Both the position numbers and the translations under genes were made by a program. From an uncultured Pleurocapsa sp. (GTDB lineage Bacteria; Chloroflexota; Anaerolineae; Aggregatilineales; Phototrophicaceae): DNA of 39,264 nt. This document shows, piece after piece, positions 37,905 through 39,264 of the stretch. The first letter of the stretch is position 1; every line of letters starts with the position of its first letter. The notes below the pieces were generated by a model. The model had not been told where the DNA came from and ran no database searches. It worked only from the letters and a program-made list of their open reading frames with translations. Location of the stretch: assembly GCA_964438415.1 (NCBI GenBank), contig CAYTME010000005.1, positions 19,066 through 58,329 of the forward strand. Direction: 5' to 3'.

Positions 37905-39263
37905 CTAACGCTGCTTTCGCGCAATCGCCGCCTGGAGCAGCCCCTTGAAAAGCGGATGTGGGCGATTGGGACGGCTGAGAAATTCAGGATGAAACTGGGA
38001 GCCGATCATAAATGGATGGTCGCGTAGTTCGGCGATCTCGACCAATCGGCTGTCCGGGCTGAGGCCGCTAAATTCCATACCTGCACGTTCAAAATCTGCT
38101 CGGTACTCATTGTTGAATTCAAAGCGGTGACGGTGACGCTCTTCGACCTGCTGTACATCGCCGTAAGCCGCGGCAGCATGGCTGCCAGGCTTGAGCAGGC
38201 ACGGATAAACGCCCAAGCGCATCGTACCGCCCATTTCGACGATGCCACGCTGTTCCAACATGAGGTCGATCACCGGATGTTCGGTATTCGTCTCAAACTC
38301 TGTGCTGTTCGCGTCTTCATGACCCAACACATGACGCGCGAACTCGATGCACATAGTTTGCATGCCTAAGCACAAGCCGAGGTAGGGAATCTGGCGTTCG
38401 CGGGCGTAGCGCGCGGCCAGGATCTTGCCCTCAATTCCCCGGTAACCGAAACCTCCCGGCACTACGATTCCATCGACCTGCTCCAGGCCCTCCCATCCCT
38501 TGTCCTTTTCCAGATCGCCGGAGTAAATCCACGTAATCTCTAACCGGTAATCATGGGCAGTGGCGGCATGAAACAGCGCCTCTTTGACACTCATGTAGGC
38601 ATCATGAAGCTCAACATACTTGCCGACGATGCCGATGCGAACCGAGTCACGATCTTTCAACTGACGCATGCGGTGCACCATCGCGCGCCACTCGGTCAGA
38701 TCTGGCCGCGGCGCATCGAGACGCAGGGCATCCACAATATAATCGCCCAGTCCCGCATCTTCCAAAGCCAACGGCACGCTGTACAGCAGATCGGTCGTCA
38801 CCAGGGGGATGACCGCTTTCTCATCAACATCGCAGAAGAGCGCGATCTTGCCGCACACCTCGCTGCTGACCTCGTAGTCAGTGCGCGGAATGATCACCTG
38901 CGGCTGAATACCCATACTGCGCAGCTCGCGCACGCTGTGCTGCGTCGGCTTTGTCTTCAGCTCGCCAGTCGCTCCGATGTGTGGCAGGAATGTCACATGG
39001 ATGAAGAGCGAGTCGCTGCGTCCGATACTGCTGCGAAGCTGACGGATCGCTTCAAGGAATGGTTGACCTTCGATATCGCCAACCGTGCCGCCGACCTCGA
39101 CGATAACGACATCAGCGCTGGTCTCCTTGGCCACGAGACCGATACAGCGCTTGATCTCATTGGTGATATGTGGGATGACCTGGATCGTGCCGCCCAGAAA
39201 ATCGCCGCGCCGCTCTTTTTCGATCACGTTCATGTAGACGCGGCCCGCGGTCACATTGCAGGT
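37905..39263 (-). CDS. pyrG: CTP synthase (5'-truncated by window edge)
   Basis: LGGTIQVIPH, EVGGTVGDIE, KTKPTQHSV, PGGFG, GLCLG, RHRHR, QFHPEF; frame open to the window end. Confidence 0.98.
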   Translation of the reverse strand, partial: TCNVTAGRVYMNVIEKERRGDFLGGTIQVIPHITNEIKRCIGLVAKETSADVVIVEVGGTVGDIEGQPFLEAIRQLRSSIGRSDSLFIHVTFLPHIGATGELKTKPTQHSVRELRSMGIQPQVIIPRTDYEVSSEVCGKIALFCDVDEKAVIPLVTTDLLYSVPLALEDAGLGDYIVDALRLDAPRPDLTEWRAMVHRMRQLKDRDSVRIGIVGKYVELHDAYMSVKEALFHAATAHDYRLEITWIYSGDLEKDKGWEGLEQVDGIVVPGGFGYRGIEGKILAARYARERQIPYLGLCLGMQTMCIEFARHVLGHEDANSTEFETNTEHPVIDLMLEQRGIVEMGGTMRLGVYPCLLKPGSHAAAAYGDVQQVEERHRHRFEFNNEYRADFERAGMEFSGLSPDSRLVEIAELRDHPFMIGSQFHPEFLSRPNRPHPLFKGLLQAAIARKQR

Positions 39264-39264
39264 G

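Overview
GC-rich, densely coding bacterial chromosomal window. Gene content points to Chloroflexota, probably Anaerolineae-like (inference). Both ends cut through genes: a multi-PKD surface protein on the left and pyrG on the right. Blocks: (1) 1-11.7 kb, envelope/glycosylation: PKD-SGNH protein, G5/beta-propeller exported protein, a glycoside-hydrolase-like domain fused to an O-antigen-ligase (Wzy_C) domain, macrodomain, UDP-glucuronate decarboxylase, a second O-antigen ligase, GtrA, GT4. (2) 11.9-24.4 kb, mixed: thioesterase, ChlI-like AAA+ ATPase, acpP, type-2 IDI plus prenyl synthase, secreted proteins, MDR dehydrogenase, sugar isomerase, hemW. (3) 24.5-34 kb: a Ser/Thr kinase(PQQ)-PP2C-(J-domain/vWA)-FHA cluster, then an orphan response regulator, a ZIP transporter and a stand-alone dnaK. 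(4) 34-39 kb: secreted metallophosphoesterase, DUF6062-like protein, degenerate adenosine deaminase, pyrG. The best candidates for undescribed systems are the two-ligase surface glycosylation locus with its apparently nucleophile-dead GH fusion, and the phospho-signalling cluster that may be coupled to Hsp70. Four proteins show catalytic-motif substitutions. I saw no rRNA, tRNA, CRISPR array or transposase. All family calls come from motif recognition by eye, not from database searches.
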